Below are positions 40,547-54,639 of a DNA stretch of 64,000 nucleotides, piece by piece. Where the stretch lies: positions 82,084 to 146,083 of the forward strand of contig JAZAMN010000003.1 in NCBI GenBank assembly GCA_036229005.1. The letters are read 5' to 3'. A program made the position numbers and the translations under genes. The notes beneath the pieces are model-generated. The model worked only from the letters and a program-made list of their open reading frames with translations, had not been told where the DNA came from and ran no database searches. Origin of the DNA: Myxococcota bacterium (GTDB taxonomy: Bacteria; Myxococcota_A; UBA796; CAJQPC01). Every line of letters starts with the position of its first letter. The stretch's first letter is position 1.

Positions 40547-41437
40547 TCAGATCAGGGCAACGTCGAGGAGCATCAGGCCAAACAGGCCCATCAGGTACAG
40601 GTTCGACGCCATGAAGAAGCGACGATCCACCGCGTAGTCCTGGGCACGCAGGACGCCGACGCAGCGGTAGAGGAACCACAGCCCGAAGGCCAGGGCGCCC
40701 ACCCCGTAGATCCAGCCCAGGTAGCCGATGGCGACCGGCGCGAGGCTGATTGGGAGCAGCGCGATGGTGTAGCCGAGCATGCGCCAGCGGGTGGGCTGGT
40801 CGCCGACGACGTTGGGCATCATGGGGATGCCGGCGGCGGCGTACTCGTCCTTCCGGAACAGCGCGATGGCCCAGAAGTGCGGGGGCGTCCAGAAGAAGAT
40901 GATGGCGAAGAGCATCAGGCTGCCCCACCCGATGCTCCCCGTGAGGGCGGCGTCGGCGATGAGGGGCGTGGTCGCGCCGGCGGCGCCACCGATCACGATG
41001 TTCTGCGGGGTGCGGGGCTTGAGCCAGAGGGTGTAGACCAGGACGTAGAACGCAATGCTGCCCGCGCCGACGGCGGCAGCGACCCAGCCACCGGTGAGCC
41101 AGAGCACGAGGGTGGAGGCCACGGAGAGCAGCAGCCCGTAGAAGACCGCGTGGCCGGGGGCCACCTGGGCGACAGGGATGGGGCGGGCCATGGTCCTGGC
41201 CATCCGGGCGTCCGTCTCCCGCTCGACGTAGGCGTTGAGCACGGAGCAAGCAGCGCCCGCCAGGGCCGTTCCAAAGAGCACCCACATGCTCTTGGAGAGG
41301 GTGGGCAGGCCCGTCTGGTTCATCGCGAAGACGGGGAGCCCGGTGAACAGCACGAGCGCGAGCACGCGCGGACGCGTCATCGCGACGTAGAGGTCCAGGA
41401 CCTGCCGGGTGTTGCGCTTTGGTGGGGTGGCGTTCAT
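40547..41437 (-). CDS. ctaB: Protoheme IX farnesyltransferase (heme o synthase)
   Basis: MTRPRV, N...ERETDARMARTMARPIP, YTLWLKPRTPQNIVIGG, WTPPHFWAIA, EYAAAGIPM; start ATG 41437. Confidence 0.93.
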   Translation of the reverse strand: MNATPPKRNTRQVLDLYVAMTRPRVLALVLFTGLPVFAMNQTGLPTLSKSMWVLFGTALAGAACSVLNAYVERETDARMARTMARPIPVAQVAPGHAVFYGLLLSVASTLVLWLTGGWVAAAVGAGSIAFYVLVYTLWLKPRTPQNIVIGGAAGATTPLIADAALTGSIGWGSLMLFAIIFFWTPPHFWAIALFRKDEYAAAGIPMMPNVVGDQPTRWRMLGYTIALLPISLAPVAIGYLGWIYGVGALAFGLWFLYRCVGVLRAQDYAVDRRFFMASNLYLMGLFGLMLLDVALI

Positions 41438-42363
41438 GCGGAGGTGGCTGCCTCTGGGGCGGCGGTGGGGGAGTGTACACCCGGTCGGCGCGAAAAGATG
41501 TCCTGGATCATCAAGCCTGTGACAAGACACAGGCTGGCCGCCACCGCGGAGTGCCCCGCAGTGACCTCGACGGGGAGCTGCCAGAGGACGTTGGCCACGC
41601 CCAGGGCGACCTGGACCAAGACCAGGCCCAGCAGGATCCGGGCCTTGGTGCCCAGGCTGTCCTGATCCCAGGCCAGCGCGGCGATGATCGTGTAGAGCAC
41701 GGCCAGCGCATACGCGGTGCTGCGGTGCATGAGGTGCAGGCCGACCGGGCCTTCCCAGGTGGGGAACCACAGGGTGCCGACGCACTGGGGCCAGGTGACG
41801 CAGGCCAGGCCGGCGTGGCCCGAGGAGACCAGTCCGCCCAGGGCCATCTGGGCGACCAGGAGCACGCCGGCGAGGGGCGCGAGCAGCCGCAGCACACCGC
41901 GCTGCAGGGCGGGCCGAGGGGCTGGGTCGTGGCCGCGCCAGAGCAGCGCGGCGAGGAGGCCCAGGCTCAAGGCGAAGGTGTTCCCGACCAGCAGGTGGGA
42001 GGTGACGGTCCACTGCGCGAGCAGCTCGAGGACGGTCAGGCCTCCGAGGATGATCTGAACCAGAAGGATGATCCAGGTCACGATCAGCCACTTGCCGATG
42101 AGCTGGCGCTCCGGCTTCTCCTTGAGCGCCCAGACGCTGACCCCCAGCAGCAGCAGGCTGATGCTGCCGGCGAGTGCTCGGTGGCCCCACTCGAAGAACA
42201 CCCCGAAGTCCAGAGCGGGGACGAGCTGGCCGAAACACAGGGGCCAATCCGGGCATGCAAGCCCGGCGCCCTGGGCGCGCACGATCGCGCCGAAGACCAC
42301 CAGGAGGTAGGTCAGGACGCTGAGGACGATGAAGGCCCGGGCCAGTCGGCGGGTGCGAGGCAA
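41434..42363 (-). CDS. ctaA: Heme A synthase (COX15/CtaA)
   Basis: GAGLACPDWPLC, EWGHR, QIILGGLTV, TSHL, GLACVTWPQC, HLMHR; start estimated at TTG 42363 (GGAG upstream). Confidence 0.9.
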   Translation of the reverse strand: MPRTRRLARAFIVLSVLTYLLVVFGAIVRAQGAGLACPDWPLCFGQLVPALDFGVFFEWGHRALAGSISLLLLGVSVWALKEKPERQLIGKWLIVTWIILLVQIILGGLTVLELLAQWTVTSHLLVGNTFALSLGLLAALLWRGHDPAPRPALQRGVLRLLAPLAGVLLVAQMALGGLVSSGHAGLACVTWPQCVGTLWFPTWEGPVGLHLMHRSTAYALAVLYTIIAALAWDQDSLGTKARILLGLVLVQVALGVANVLWQLPVEVTAGHSAVAASLCLVTGLMIQDIFSRRPGVHSPTAAPEAATSA

Positions 42364-42421
42364 GCTCTCTCCGAAGGGGCGCGCATTTATGGCTTCGAGG
42401 GGTCCCGGGCAAGCCCTGTGC

Positions 42422-43063
42422 TCAGGAGTGACCCCAGAGGAGCAGGGACTCGCCGGGTTGCAACTGAACTGTGACCTTACGGCCGACCACTTGCAGGCGG
42501 CCCTCCGCAGCCATGCGCAGGCACATGGGGTAGAGCGCGTGCTCCATGGCCAGGATCCGGGCCTGGAGTGTGTCGCGGTCGTCCCCAGGCAGGACGGGGA
42601 CCGCGGCCTGCGCGATGATGGGGCCGGTGTCGGTCCCAGAATCGACGAAATGCACGGTGGCACCGGCGATCCGGACGCCGTAATCCATGGCCTGTCCCTG
42701 CCCATCGACGCCGGGGAAGGCGGGCAACAGCGCGGGGTGGATGTTCAACACCCGCTGGGGCCAGGCGTCCAGAAAGGTGGGGGAGAGGATGCGCATGAAC
42801 CCAGCGCACAGGACCCAGTCCACGGCGGCTTCGCGCAAGGCCTGGCTCAGCCTGTCCTCGTAGGCGGACCGAGAGCCCCAGCCGCGGTGAGGGATATGCA
42901 TGGCCGGGAGGTTGGCCATCCGTGCCCGCTCCAGCCCATAAGCCTCCTCCTTGTTGGAGATGACCAGGGCGATCTCGGCCGGGAAGTCGGGCTCCGCGCA
43001 GGCGTCGATGAGGGCCTGCAGGTTGGTCCCGGACCCGGAGAGCAGGACCCCGATGCGGGTCAC
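42422..43063 (-). CDS. purN: Phosphoribosylglycinamide formyltransferase
   Basis: [46 protein letters not shown] 43063 overlaps the purM stop. Confidence 0.95.
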   Translation of the reverse strand: MTRIGVLLSGSGTNLQALIDACAEPDFPAEIALVISNKEEAYGLERARMANLPAMHIPHRGWGSRSAYEDRLSQALREAAVDWVLCAGFMRILSPTFLDAWPQRVLNIHPALLPAFPGVDGQGQAMDYGVRIAGATVHFVDSGTDTGPIIAQAAVPVLPGDDRDTLQARILAMEHALYPMCLRMAAEGRLQVVGRKVTVQLQPGESLLLWGHS

Positions 43064-44034
43064 TTGAGCACCACGCCTTCGCTCTCGGTCACGCGGCCGA
43101 TGGGCACCGCGCCGGGGAGCTCGACGCCGGGGGAGGTCACGCCGATGAGGCCCACGCCCATGTTGAAGGTGCGGTAGAGGTCGCGGGTCGAGAGCCCACC
43201 CAGCCGCTCCAGCAGGCCGAAGATGGGGGGGATCTCCCAGCTCCCCAGGCGGATCTCGGCGCCGAGGCCCTGGGGGAGGATGCGGGGGATGTTCTCGTAG
43301 AAGCCGCCGCCGGTGACGTGGACCCAGCCCTTGACCTGTGCGCGCAGGGCCAGCATCTCGCGGACGTAGATGCGGGTGGGGGCGAGCAGCACGTCGGCCA
43401 GCGGGGCGCCCAGGCCGTGCTCCTGATCCCAGTCCAGGTCGTCGACGAGGCGGCGCACGAGGGAGTAGCCGTTGGAGTGGATGCCGGAGGAGGAGAAGCC
43501 CCACAGGATGTCCCCGGCTTGGATGCTGTCACCGCTGAGGATCTGGGCCTTCTCCACGACCCCCACCGCGAACCCAGCGAGGTCATAGTGGCCCGGACCG
43601 TACATGCCCGGCATCTCGGCGGTCTCGCCACCGATGAGCGCGCAGCCCGCCTGGCGGCAGCCCTCGGCGATGCCCTCCACCACCTGGACGGTGGTCTCGG
43701 GGGTGAGCTTGCCGGTGGCGAAGTAGTCCAGGAAGAAGAGGGGCTCGGCGCCGCAGACGGCGATGTCGTTGACGCACATGGCGACCAGGTCGACGCCGAT
43801 GGTCTGGTGCTTGCCGACGCGCTGAGCGACCAGCAGCTTGGTCCCGACGCCGTCGGTCCCGCTGACGAGCACGGGCTCGCTGTAGTCCCCCTTGAGGGCG
43901 AAGAGCCCACCGAAGCCACCCAGGCCGGTCAGGACCTCGGGGCGGCGCGTGCTGGCGACGGCGGGGCCGATGCCTCGGACCACCTCCTCTCCAGCGTCGA
44001 TGTCGACTCCAGCCTGCTTGTACGCGTCGGACAC
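43060..44034 (-). CDS. purM: Phosphoribosylformylglycinamidine cyclo-ligase (AIR synthase)
   Basis: [56 protein letters not shown]. Confidence 0.96.
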   Translation of the reverse strand: MSDAYKQAGVDIDAGEEVVRGIGPAVASTRRPEVLTGLGGFGGLFALKGDYSEPVLVSGTDGVGTKLLVAQRVGKHQTIGVDLVAMCVNDIAVCGAEPLFFLDYFATGKLTPETTVQVVEGIAEGCRQAGCALIGGETAEMPGMYGPGHYDLAGFAVGVVEKAQILSGDSIQAGDILWGFSSSGIHSNGYSLVRRLVDDLDWDQEHGLGAPLADVLLAPTRIYVREMLALRAQVKGWVHVTGGGFYENIPRILPQGLGAEIRLGSWEIPPIFGLLERLGGLSTRDLYRTFNMGVGLIGVTSPGVELPGAVPIGRVTESEGVVLK

Positions 44035-44098
44035 GGGGACCTCCAGGGCCCCAGCAGTATCGCTCCCACCTCAGCGCGCCCGAAACGGTCCGGCGACA

Positions 44099-44614
44099 CT
44101 ACTCGCTGTCGCCGTCGCTGCCGTCGGACTTGGGGGTCACGCCGGTGGCGGTGAGGACGTTGGAGACCTCGCCCTCGGAGTCCGTGATGCGGATGGCGAA
44201 GTCGTAGGGGGTGTTGGTGGGGATGGCGCCGCCCACCTGCAGGTTCAGGGCGATGGTGGCCGGGCTGTCCGCGGTGTCGAACACGGAGCACTCCGAGTCG
44301 CTCATCAGGGTCCAGGTCTTCTCGGAGTCCGGCGCGCCGCTGGTGTCCACGCTGCCGTCCGCGTCGCCCTCCCACCAGATCTCGAGGGTGATGGCGTCCA
44401 GGTTGCCGTCCTCGTCGGTGGCGTCGGCCTGGAGCTGGATGGTGGGGGCCTCGGTGCCGTCGAAGTCCACCATGCCGCCGTTGGCCAGCTCGAAGCGGGT
44501 CAGGACAGGGTCGTGGCCCTTGCAGACCGCGGTGTCCTCGGAGCGGATGGGCGGGGTCTCGCCGGTGTCTTCGCCGTTGTCCTTGCAGGCCAGGGTCGCG
44601 AGCAGCCAGAGCAT
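44099..44614 (-). CDS. Acidic hypothetical lipoprotein
   Basis: AAGGAG RBS, MLWLLATLAC, Asp/Thr-rich beta-like body. Confidence 0.7.
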   Translation of the reverse strand: MLWLLATLACKDNGEDTGETPPIRSEDTAVCKGHDPVLTRFELANGGMVDFDGTEAPTIQLQADATDEDGNLDAITLEIWWEGDADGSVDTSGAPDSEKTWTLMSDSECSVFDTADSPATIALNLQVGGAIPTNTPYDFAIRITDSEGEVSNVLTATGVTPKSDGSDGDSE

Positions 44615-44679
44615 GGGGGTCTCCTTGTGCGGGCAAGGTAGCACCGCGATGGATAGAGTGGCGCACCGGAGGGCCAGTG

Positions 44680-45456
44680 ATGTCCAGCTCAGGCGCGCCC
44701 ACCCGCTTCTACCGATACCTGCGCGGACAGCTCGGCTCTCTGCGCGAGGTCTACGGCCAAGGCAACCAGATCGTCCGTCGCGGCGACCTGGGGAGCAAGG
44801 AGGACACGGTCCTGCTGCTGCACGGCTTCATGCAGACCCGGGCGGTCTGGCAGGTGATGGAGGACCGGCTGCGCTACGACGGCTTCGGGGTGTTCTCCTT
44901 TGACCTGGGCGGGCTGCTCTATCGCTTCAACACCAAGCCCATCCCCGAGCTGGCGGCGCACATCCACGACAAGCTGGAGCGCATCTGTGACCGCTATGGC
45001 CTGGAGAGCTTCCACGTCGTGGGGCACTCCAAGGGGGGGCTGATCGCTCGGCACTACATCCAGCACCTGGAGGGTCACCGCCGGGTGCGCTCGCTGGTGA
45101 CGCTGGGCACGCCCCACCACGGGACCCCCACGGCGGTGCTGGGCGTGGCGCTGTTCGGGGGCGGCCTGCTCTCCCGCAGCCCCTGGCAGATGCTCCCGGG
45201 CTCCGAGACGGTGAAGCGGCTGGCTGAAGACACCTTCCCCGGGCACGTGCCCTTCACGTCGATCTACTCGCGCTCGGATCTGGTGTGCCCCTACTGGTCC
45301 TCGCACCTGAACCCCAGGGCGGGGGAGACCTCGATGCGGAACGTCGAGCTGTCCGGGGTGGGGCACACGGCGCTCTGCTACGACCCGGGGGTGTACCGGC
45401 ATGTAAAAAGCGCGCTCCTGGAGGGGAGCGCGCTCTGGAAGGAGAGGCGGGGCTGA
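44680..45456 (+). CDS. Alpha/beta-hydrolase (lipase/esterase)
   Basis: LLLHGF, GHSKGG nucleophile elbow, TLGTPHHGT, SIYSRSD, VGH. Confidence 0.85.
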   Translation: MSSSGAPTRFYRYLRGQLGSLREVYGQGNQIVRRGDLGSKEDTVLLLHGFMQTRAVWQVMEDRLRYDGFGVFSFDLGGLLYRFNTKPIPELAAHIHDKLERICDRYGLESFHVVGHSKGGLIARHYIQHLEGHRRVRSLVTLGTPHHGTPTAVLGVALFGGGLLSRSPWQMLPGSETVKRLAEDTFPGHVPFTSIYSRSDLVCPYWSSHLNPRAGETSMRNVELSGVGHTALCYDPGVYRHVKSALLEGSALWKERRG

Positions 45457-45491
45457 GGGGCCAATCAGGACTCAGCCAAGCGGCCGAGGAC

Positions 45492-47120
<1,629 letters not shown>

Positions 47121-47201
47121 AACATCTCCAGCTACAGGCTGCCCGCTGATCGGATGAACAGAGGGCTCTTGCGGTCTTGAGCCGCAGTCATACTCGTCGC
47201 C

Positions 47202-47231
47202 AAGCTACCACGCGCGCGGGGCAGGTGACAA
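47202..47231 (-). promoter_or_regulatory. Putative sigma70-type promoter of the kinase gene
   Basis: Minus strand TTGTCA (47231-47226), 18 bp spacer, TAGCTT (47207-47202) preceded by TG; GACAAAG direct repeat at 47227 and 47237. Confidence 0.4.
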
Positions 47232-47259
47232 AGCGCGACAAAGGTGAGAGCCGGGCGCT

Positions 47260-48966
47260 CTAAGCGCTCCCGCGGAAGAAGCGCCAGATCTGGCCACCCC
47301 GGCGCTTGAGGGTGGCCAGCGAGAGCTGGCGTCCCAGCAGGGTGTGGGCCAGCAGCACGCCGAAGACGCTCGCGGCGGCGATCAGCGCGAGCAGGCCCAG
47401 GGTCCCGGTGGCGTAGGGGAGCCCTGGGATCGTGGAGGCGGAGCTCACGAGCAGCGCGCCGGCCACCAGCATCGCGGCGCCGGTGAGCGCCAGGCTCAAA
47501 CGGAAGCTGGCGGTGCTGATCTCCTCGCGCAGCGCCTGGCCGTCGGTGGGCTCGACGACCACCCGCAGTTGGCCGCGCTCTACATCCAGCAGGAGCTGAT
47601 TGAGCTGGGTGGGGAGCTGGCGGAAGCCGCCCTGGGCCTGGACGAAGAGCCGCATCGCGTCCGAGCCCATGCGCTCCGGGCTGAGGCGGTCGGTCATGAG
47701 GCGGCGGGCGTGCGGCCGCACCAGCTCGACGGGGTCGGTCTCGGGGACGCGGGAGCGCAGGATGCCGTCGATGATGGAGCCGGCGCGGGCCAGCAGCGCG
47801 TACTCCGGGGTCAGGCGGATCTGGAAGCGGGAGGCCGCCTCGATGAACTCGACCAGGGAGGCCTGGGTGCTCAGGTCGGCCAGGGAGGCGCCGTGGTACT
47901 TCTGCAGCAGCCGCTCGATCTCGCCCTTGAAGGCCCGCAGGTCCACCCGGCCGTTGATGGCTCCGGCGTGGTAGAGGCTCAGCGCCAGGGTCTCGGCGTC
48001 CTGGAAGACCAGAGCGACCAGCACGGTCACCAGGGTCTCCCGCATCTGCGCGGTCAGGCTCCCGCAGAGGCCGAAGTCCAGGAAGGCGAGCTGCCCCCGG
48101 TCGGTGACGATGAGGTTGCCGGGGTGAGGGTCGGCGTGGAAGAAGCCGTGGTCGAACACCTGCGAGACGGTGCTCTCAACCAACTGCTGGACCACGCCCT
48201 GCATGCGCTTGTCGTGCTGGTCCAGGTGGGACAGCGGGGTGCCGTGGACGCGCTCCATGACCATCATGCGGGAGCTGGTGAAGCGGCGGTAGATGCGCGG
48301 GACGATGACGTCCGGCTCCTCCAGGAAGCACTCGCGGAAGCGCTCGGCGTTTCGGGCTTCGTGGGTGAAGTCCAGCTCGGAGTTGATCGCGCTCTCGAAC
48401 TCCTTGACGATGGCCCGGGGGGTGTAGACGCCCGGGAGGTCCAGCCGGCCCTCGACCAGGGCGGCCATCGTGTAGAGGATGTGGACGTCCGAGCGGATCA
48501 GCTTGTGGATCCCGGGGCGCTGGACCTTGATGGCGACCTCGCGGCCATCCTTGAGGGTCGCGAAGTGGACCTGCGCCATGGAGGCGGAGGCCACCGGGGT
48601 CTCCTGGATCTGGGTGAAGACCTGGTCCAGGGGGCCATCGAGCTCCTCCTCGATGACCTGGCGGGCCTGCTCCCAAGAGACCGGCGGGACCGTGTCCTGG
48701 AGCTTGGAGAGCTCAACGATGAGGCCCTGGGGCACGATGTCGGGCCGAACGGAGAGGACCTGTCCCAGCTTGACGAAGGTGGGGCCCAACTCCACCAAGA
48801 CCCGGCGCAGCCGCACGGCGTAGTCGGAGCCGTCGTCCTGGTGGTCGCCGGCTTGCACATACGAGGACAACCCGGCGGCCGCCAAGAGGCTGCCGAAGCC
48901 ATGGCGGGCGAGCACCGTCGTGATGGTGGTCACCCGCCCCAGGTCGCGGACGTCGATGTGGGCCAT
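47260..48966 (-). CDS. ABC1/UbiB (AarF) family atypical kinase
   Basis: LGPTFVKLGQ, ASASMAQVH, VAIKVQRP, ELDF, HADPHPGN, LDFG; two C-terminal TM helices. Confidence 0.92.
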   Translation of the reverse strand: MAHIDVRDLGRVTTITTVLARHGFGSLLAAAGLSSYVQAGDHQDDGSDYAVRLRRVLVELGPTFVKLGQVLSVRPDIVPQGLIVELSKLQDTVPPVSWEQARQVIEEELDGPLDQVFTQIQETPVASASMAQVHFATLKDGREVAIKVQRPGIHKLIRSDVHILYTMAALVEGRLDLPGVYTPRAIVKEFESAINSELDFTHEARNAERFRECFLEEPDVIVPRIYRRFTSSRMMVMERVHGTPLSHLDQHDKRMQGVVQQLVESTVSQVFDHGFFHADPHPGNLIVTDRGQLAFLDFGLCGSLTAQMRETLVTVLVALVFQDAETLALSLYHAGAINGRVDLRAFKGEIERLLQKYHGASLADLSTQASLVEFIEAASRFQIRLTPEYALLARAGSIIDGILRSRVPETDPVELVRPHARRLMTDRLSPERMGSDAMRLFVQAQGGFRQLPTQLNQLLLDVERGQLRVVVEPTDGQALREEISTASFRLSLALTGAAMLVAGALLVSSASTIPGLPYATGTLGLLALIAAASVFGVLLAHTLLGRQLSLATLKRRGGQIWRFFRGSA

Positions 48967-49036
48967 GAGAGGGACTATGCCAACAGCGAGGCCCTGACGA
49001 CATCAGGGTGACCTCGCTTGTGGGCTCGATCGCCGA

Positions 49037-50533
49037 TCAGTAGGCGCGCGCGAAGATGGCCAGGTGGGTGGCCGGCTTGCCCGAGTAGAAACAGACCGCT
49101 CCCTCCGGGATCTCCTGCTCTCCGATGGGGTAGCAGCGCACGGTCGCCTTGGTCTCCTGCTTGATGGCCTGCTCGGCGTCCTCGTCGGCGTGCCAGTAGA
49201 CCTTGTACCAGCCGCCCTGCTCCTTGAGCTGGGTCTTGAACTGCTCGTAGGTGTCGACGCGGTGGGTGCGGGACTCGCGCAGCTCGGTGGCCTTGGCGAG
49301 CAGCTCGGTCTGGATGTCGTCCAGGATGGCGCGGACGGTCTGGCCGGCGCCCTCCAGCGCGATACCGAACTTGTCGCCGCCGGTGCGCTTCTTGGAGAAG
49401 GCGGTGCCGCCCTTGACGTCGCGGGGACCGATCTCCATGCGCAGGCAGACGCCCTTGCGCTCCCACTCCCAGTACTTGGCCCCGGGCTTCATCTTGTCGC
49501 GGTCGTCGACCTTGACGCGGATCCCGGCGGCGCGGAGCTCGGCGTTCATCTTGTCGGCGAAGGCGAGCACCTCCTCCTTCTCGTGGTCCTTGCGCCAGAT
49601 CGGGATGATGACGACCTGGATGGGGGCGAGGGTGGGGGGGAGGACCAGGCCGACGTCGTCGGAGTGGGTCATGATCACGGCGCCGACCAGGCGGGTGGAC
49701 ACGCCCCAGGAGGTGGCCCAGACGTGCTCGCGGGTGCCCTCGGCGGACTGGAAGGTCACGTCGAAGGCCTTGGCGAAGTTCTGGCCCAGGAAGTGCGAGG
49801 TGCCGGACTGCAGGGCCCAGCCGTTCTGCATCATGGCCTCGATGGTGTAGGTCTCCTCCGCGCCGGCGAAGCGCTCACCGGCGGACTTGAGGCCCGGGAC
49901 CACGGGGATGGCCAGGAAGTCGCGGGCGAAGTCGGTGTAGACGTTCAGCATCCGCTCCGCCTCTTCGACCGCCTCGGGCTCGGTGGCGTGGGCGGTGTGG
50001 CCCTCCTGCCAGAGGAACTCGGCGGTGCGCAGGAAGGGCCGGGTCTTGAGCTCCCAGCGCACGACGTTGGCCCACTGGTTGATGAGCAGGGGGAGGTCGC
50101 GGTGGGAGTCGATCCACTTGCCGTACATGTGCCAGATGATGGTCTCGCTGGTGGGGCGGACGATCAGGGGCTCTTCGAGCTTGGCGGCGGGATCGGGCTC
50201 GACGGAGGCCTTGCCGCTGGCGTCGGTGGTGGAGCGCAGGCGGTGGTGGGTGATGACCGCGCACTCCTTGGCGAAGCCTTCCACATGCTGGGCCTCCCGG
50301 CTGAGGAACTCCATGGGGATGAACATGGGGAAGTAGGCGTTGACGTGGCCGGTCTCCTTGAAGCGCCGATCCAGGTCCTCCTTGATGGCGTCCCAGAGCG
50401 CGAAGCCGTGCGGGCGCAGGACCATGCAGCCCTTCACGGGGCTGTAGTCGGCAAGCTGTCCTTCCCGGATCACGTCCAGGTACCACTGGCTGTAGTCTTG
50501 CTCGCGCGGCTTGATGCCGGTGTCCTTGGCCAT
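49037..50533 (-). CDS. proS: Proline--tRNA ligase (archaeal/eukaryote-like type)
   Basis: RPTSETII, NQWANVVRWE, PFLRTAEFLWQEGHT, QSGTSHFLGQNF, TSWGVSTR, C-terminal FARAY. Confidence 0.96.
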   Translation of the reverse strand: MAKDTGIKPREQDYSQWYLDVIREGQLADYSPVKGCMVLRPHGFALWDAIKEDLDRRFKETGHVNAYFPMFIPMEFLSREAQHVEGFAKECAVITHHRLRSTTDASGKASVEPDPAAKLEEPLIVRPTSETIIWHMYGKWIDSHRDLPLLINQWANVVRWELKTRPFLRTAEFLWQEGHTAHATEPEAVEEAERMLNVYTDFARDFLAIPVVPGLKSAGERFAGAEETYTIEAMMQNGWALQSGTSHFLGQNFAKAFDVTFQSAEGTREHVWATSWGVSTRLVGAVIMTHSDDVGLVLPPTLAPIQVVIIPIWRKDHEKEEVLAFADKMNAELRAAGIRVKVDDRDKMKPGAKYWEWERKGVCLRMEIGPRDVKGGTAFSKKRTGGDKFGIALEGAGQTVRAILDDIQTELLAKATELRESRTHRVDTYEQFKTQLKEQGGWYKVYWHADEDAEQAIKQETKATVRCYPIGEQEIPEGAVCFYSGKPATHLAIFARAY

Positions 50534-50677
50534 TGTTTTCCTCGCTGTGGGGGGCGGGTCTAACCGCGGTGGGCGGTGGGGAAAAGTGCGAGGCGGTGGA
50601 CCCCCGCCACTTTGCCGAATCGACGCATGACCTCCCCGGGAGACCCGTTAGCCAGTGCGCCACCGAGAGGAGCTGCG

Positions 50678-52654
<1,977 letters not shown>

Positions 52655-52660
52655 GGTCGG

Positions 52661-54310
52661 GTGGCCGAGACTCCCCGGGGAGGCCTTGACTGGCTGCTGG
52701 CGACGCTCTGTGTCGCCTTCCCCGTGGGGGTCGCGGTGGCCTGGAGCGCCCGGGATCCCGGCGCCTGCTTCCTGGGGCCCGACGTGGAGTTCTGGGGGGC
52801 CGCGGTCAGCGCGCTCTTGAGGGGGGAGTTGGGGGCCGTCGCCGAGCTGGGGCGTTCACCGCTGTACCCCTTGGTGTCCGCGCTTCTCTCCAGCATCGGC
52901 CTCCCCGTCGAGGTCAGTCTGGTGCTGGTCAGCGCGCTTGGCCTCGGCTGCACCGGGGGGCTCTCCTATTGGTGGGCATCCAGCCGGTGGGGGCGGTGGG
53001 CCGGGGTGCTCGCAGCCTTCCCGATCCTCGCCCAGCCCTTCATCATCGGCCACGCCATCCACGGCAGCGCGGAGGGCTTGTTCGTCCTGACGCTGCTGGC
53101 CGCTGTGCTCGCCCTGGTGCGCCTGGACCGGTCGCAGGGCTGGGGGTGGGCGCTGCTGGCTGGGCTTGCGCTGGGGATGGCGAGCCAGACCAAACCGCAG
53201 GCTGTGCTCATCGCGCCCCTGGCCCTGGCGTTGCCGTGGTTTCCGGGGGCCCGTCCGCGTCGGGGATGGCTCTCGGCGCTGGTGCTGGTGGGGTTCGCGC
53301 TGCCGCACCTGGGGTGGTTGGTGATCGCGGACAACAACGCGCTGGGCACACACCTGGGAATCCTGGGGCGGGACGCCTTCGACGCGCCGCGGCCGGGGGG
53401 GCCAGAGGCTTCGCTGGGCTGGGCGCGGCACCTGGAGCAGGACGGTCTGGACACCTCCTGGTTCCGGAGCTCGCCCCTGCCGGCTCCCCTCAAGATGGTG
53501 CTGGTCAACCTGCGGCGTCTGGTGGGCATGCTCCTGGGCGCGCTGATCTGGCTGTGGTGGGTCCCGGTGGGGGTGGTCGCGGCGCTGCGGGACCCGGATC
53601 GACGCAAGGCCCGTGACGCCGCGATCGTCCTGCTGGCGGTGGGCAGCTTCCTGCTCTCACTGCCGGTGTACTGGCAGCAGCGCCACATGGTGCCCTTCCT
53701 GGTGCCGCTGGCGATGCTGGGCGGCGCGGGGATCTGGCGCCTGTTGGACCGACCGCGCTGGGGCAGGCCGCTGCTTGGAGCCGTCGCGCTGAGCGCGGTG
53801 GTGGGGAGCGCTGTGGGGCTCTGGCGGGCCACCCAGAGCTACGACGAGCACCGGCGCTACCACCGCTGTGATGACGGCTCGCACGAGGCGATCATGGCGG
53901 TCGCCCCTCGGCTCGGGAGGCGGCCGGGCTTCTGGGTGCACGACCACGACAACCTCCTGGTCAACGGCGCGGCGCTGCGTCCCATGCCGGTGGTCGGCTA
54001 CAACCCCTACCTGGCCCCCCTGGGCCCGGAGCAGGACTGGCCCTTTGGCGGGGCGGCCGACTTCTACCTGGTGCTCTACCCCTATCTGCGGGACTCACCC
54101 AGCCTGTGGAAGGCCGTGGACGCCCAGGGGATGGACGCCCGCGCCGAGCTTGTCTGGGAGGGGCCGGTGCCCAGCGCGCAGGGGACCGGGCCGATGCGGG
54201 TGTACCGCTTGAGCCTGGACGCCGAGACCGCGCGGCGACCCCGGCAGGCCCAGTGGCCGGAGATGGGGCACTTCGAGCTCCCGGAGGATGTGCCGCCGGA
54301 GCGCCGCTGA
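52661..54310 (+). CDS. GT-C fold (PMT/ArnT-like) membrane glycosyltransferase
   Basis: Many TMs; GPD, RSPLYP, SAEGLF, QTKPQ, QRHMVP motifs. Confidence 0.65.
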   Translation: MAETPRGGLDWLLATLCVAFPVGVAVAWSARDPGACFLGPDVEFWGAAVSALLRGELGAVAELGRSPLYPLVSALLSSIGLPVEVSLVLVSALGLGCTGGLSYWWASSRWGRWAGVLAAFPILAQPFIIGHAIHGSAEGLFVLTLLAAVLALVRLDRSQGWGWALLAGLALGMASQTKPQAVLIAPLALALPWFPGARPRRGWLSALVLVGFALPHLGWLVIADNNALGTHLGILGRDAFDAPRPGGPEASLGWARHLEQDGLDTSWFRSSPLPAPLKMVLVNLRRLVGMLLGALIWLWWVPVGVVAALRDPDRRKARDAAIVLLAVGSFLLSLPVYWQQRHMVPFLVPLAMLGGAGIWRLLDRPRWGRPLLGAVALSAVVGSAVGLWRATQSYDEHRRYHRCDDGSHEAIMAVAPRLGRRPGFWVHDHDNLLVNGAALRPMPVVGYNPYLAPLGPEQDWPFGGAADFYLVLYPYLRDSPSLWKAVDAQGMDARAELVWEGPVPSAQGTGPMRVYRLSLDAETARRPRQAQWPEMGHFELPEDVPPERR

Positions 54311-54327
54311 GCGGAGAGCTGCTGCGC

Positions 54328-54639
54328 TCAGGCCCCGTAGCCCAACAAGCGCGCGATCCCCAAGCCGATGCCCAGCAGCCAGCCGGGCAGCCAGAAGATG
54401 TGCCCGCCGCCGCTGGGGAGCACCAGGTTGGCGACGCCGCCGCTCTCGGGATCGTCCTCGTCGCCGGCGACGTTGGCCAGGCGCCAGAGCCCGTCGATGA
54501 TGGCCCAGGAGAAGAGGGTGATGACCTGGAGCCACTTGTTGGCGTCCCCGTCGACGGCCCAGGCGATGCCGTAGGCGATCCCCCCGGGGATCAGGGCGAG
54601 GATGAGCTGGCCGACGGCGGGCCAGTTGAAGACGATCAT
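54328..54639 (-). CDS. Small hypothetical membrane protein
   Basis: AGGAG RBS before ATG 54639; three hydrophobic segments; GGHIFWLPGW. Confidence 0.65.
   Translation of the reverse strand: MIVFNWPAVGQLILALIPGGIAYGIAWAVDGDANKWLQVITLFSWAIIDGLWRLANVAGDEDDPESGGVANLVLPSGGGHIFWLPGWLLGIGLGIARLLGYGA

Noticed and set aside
41438..43504. Long N-terminal extensions of ctaB, ctaA and purN suggesting fusions
   Set aside because: They are off-frame read-ins over upstream genes; internal starts with overlaps or RBS explain the layout.
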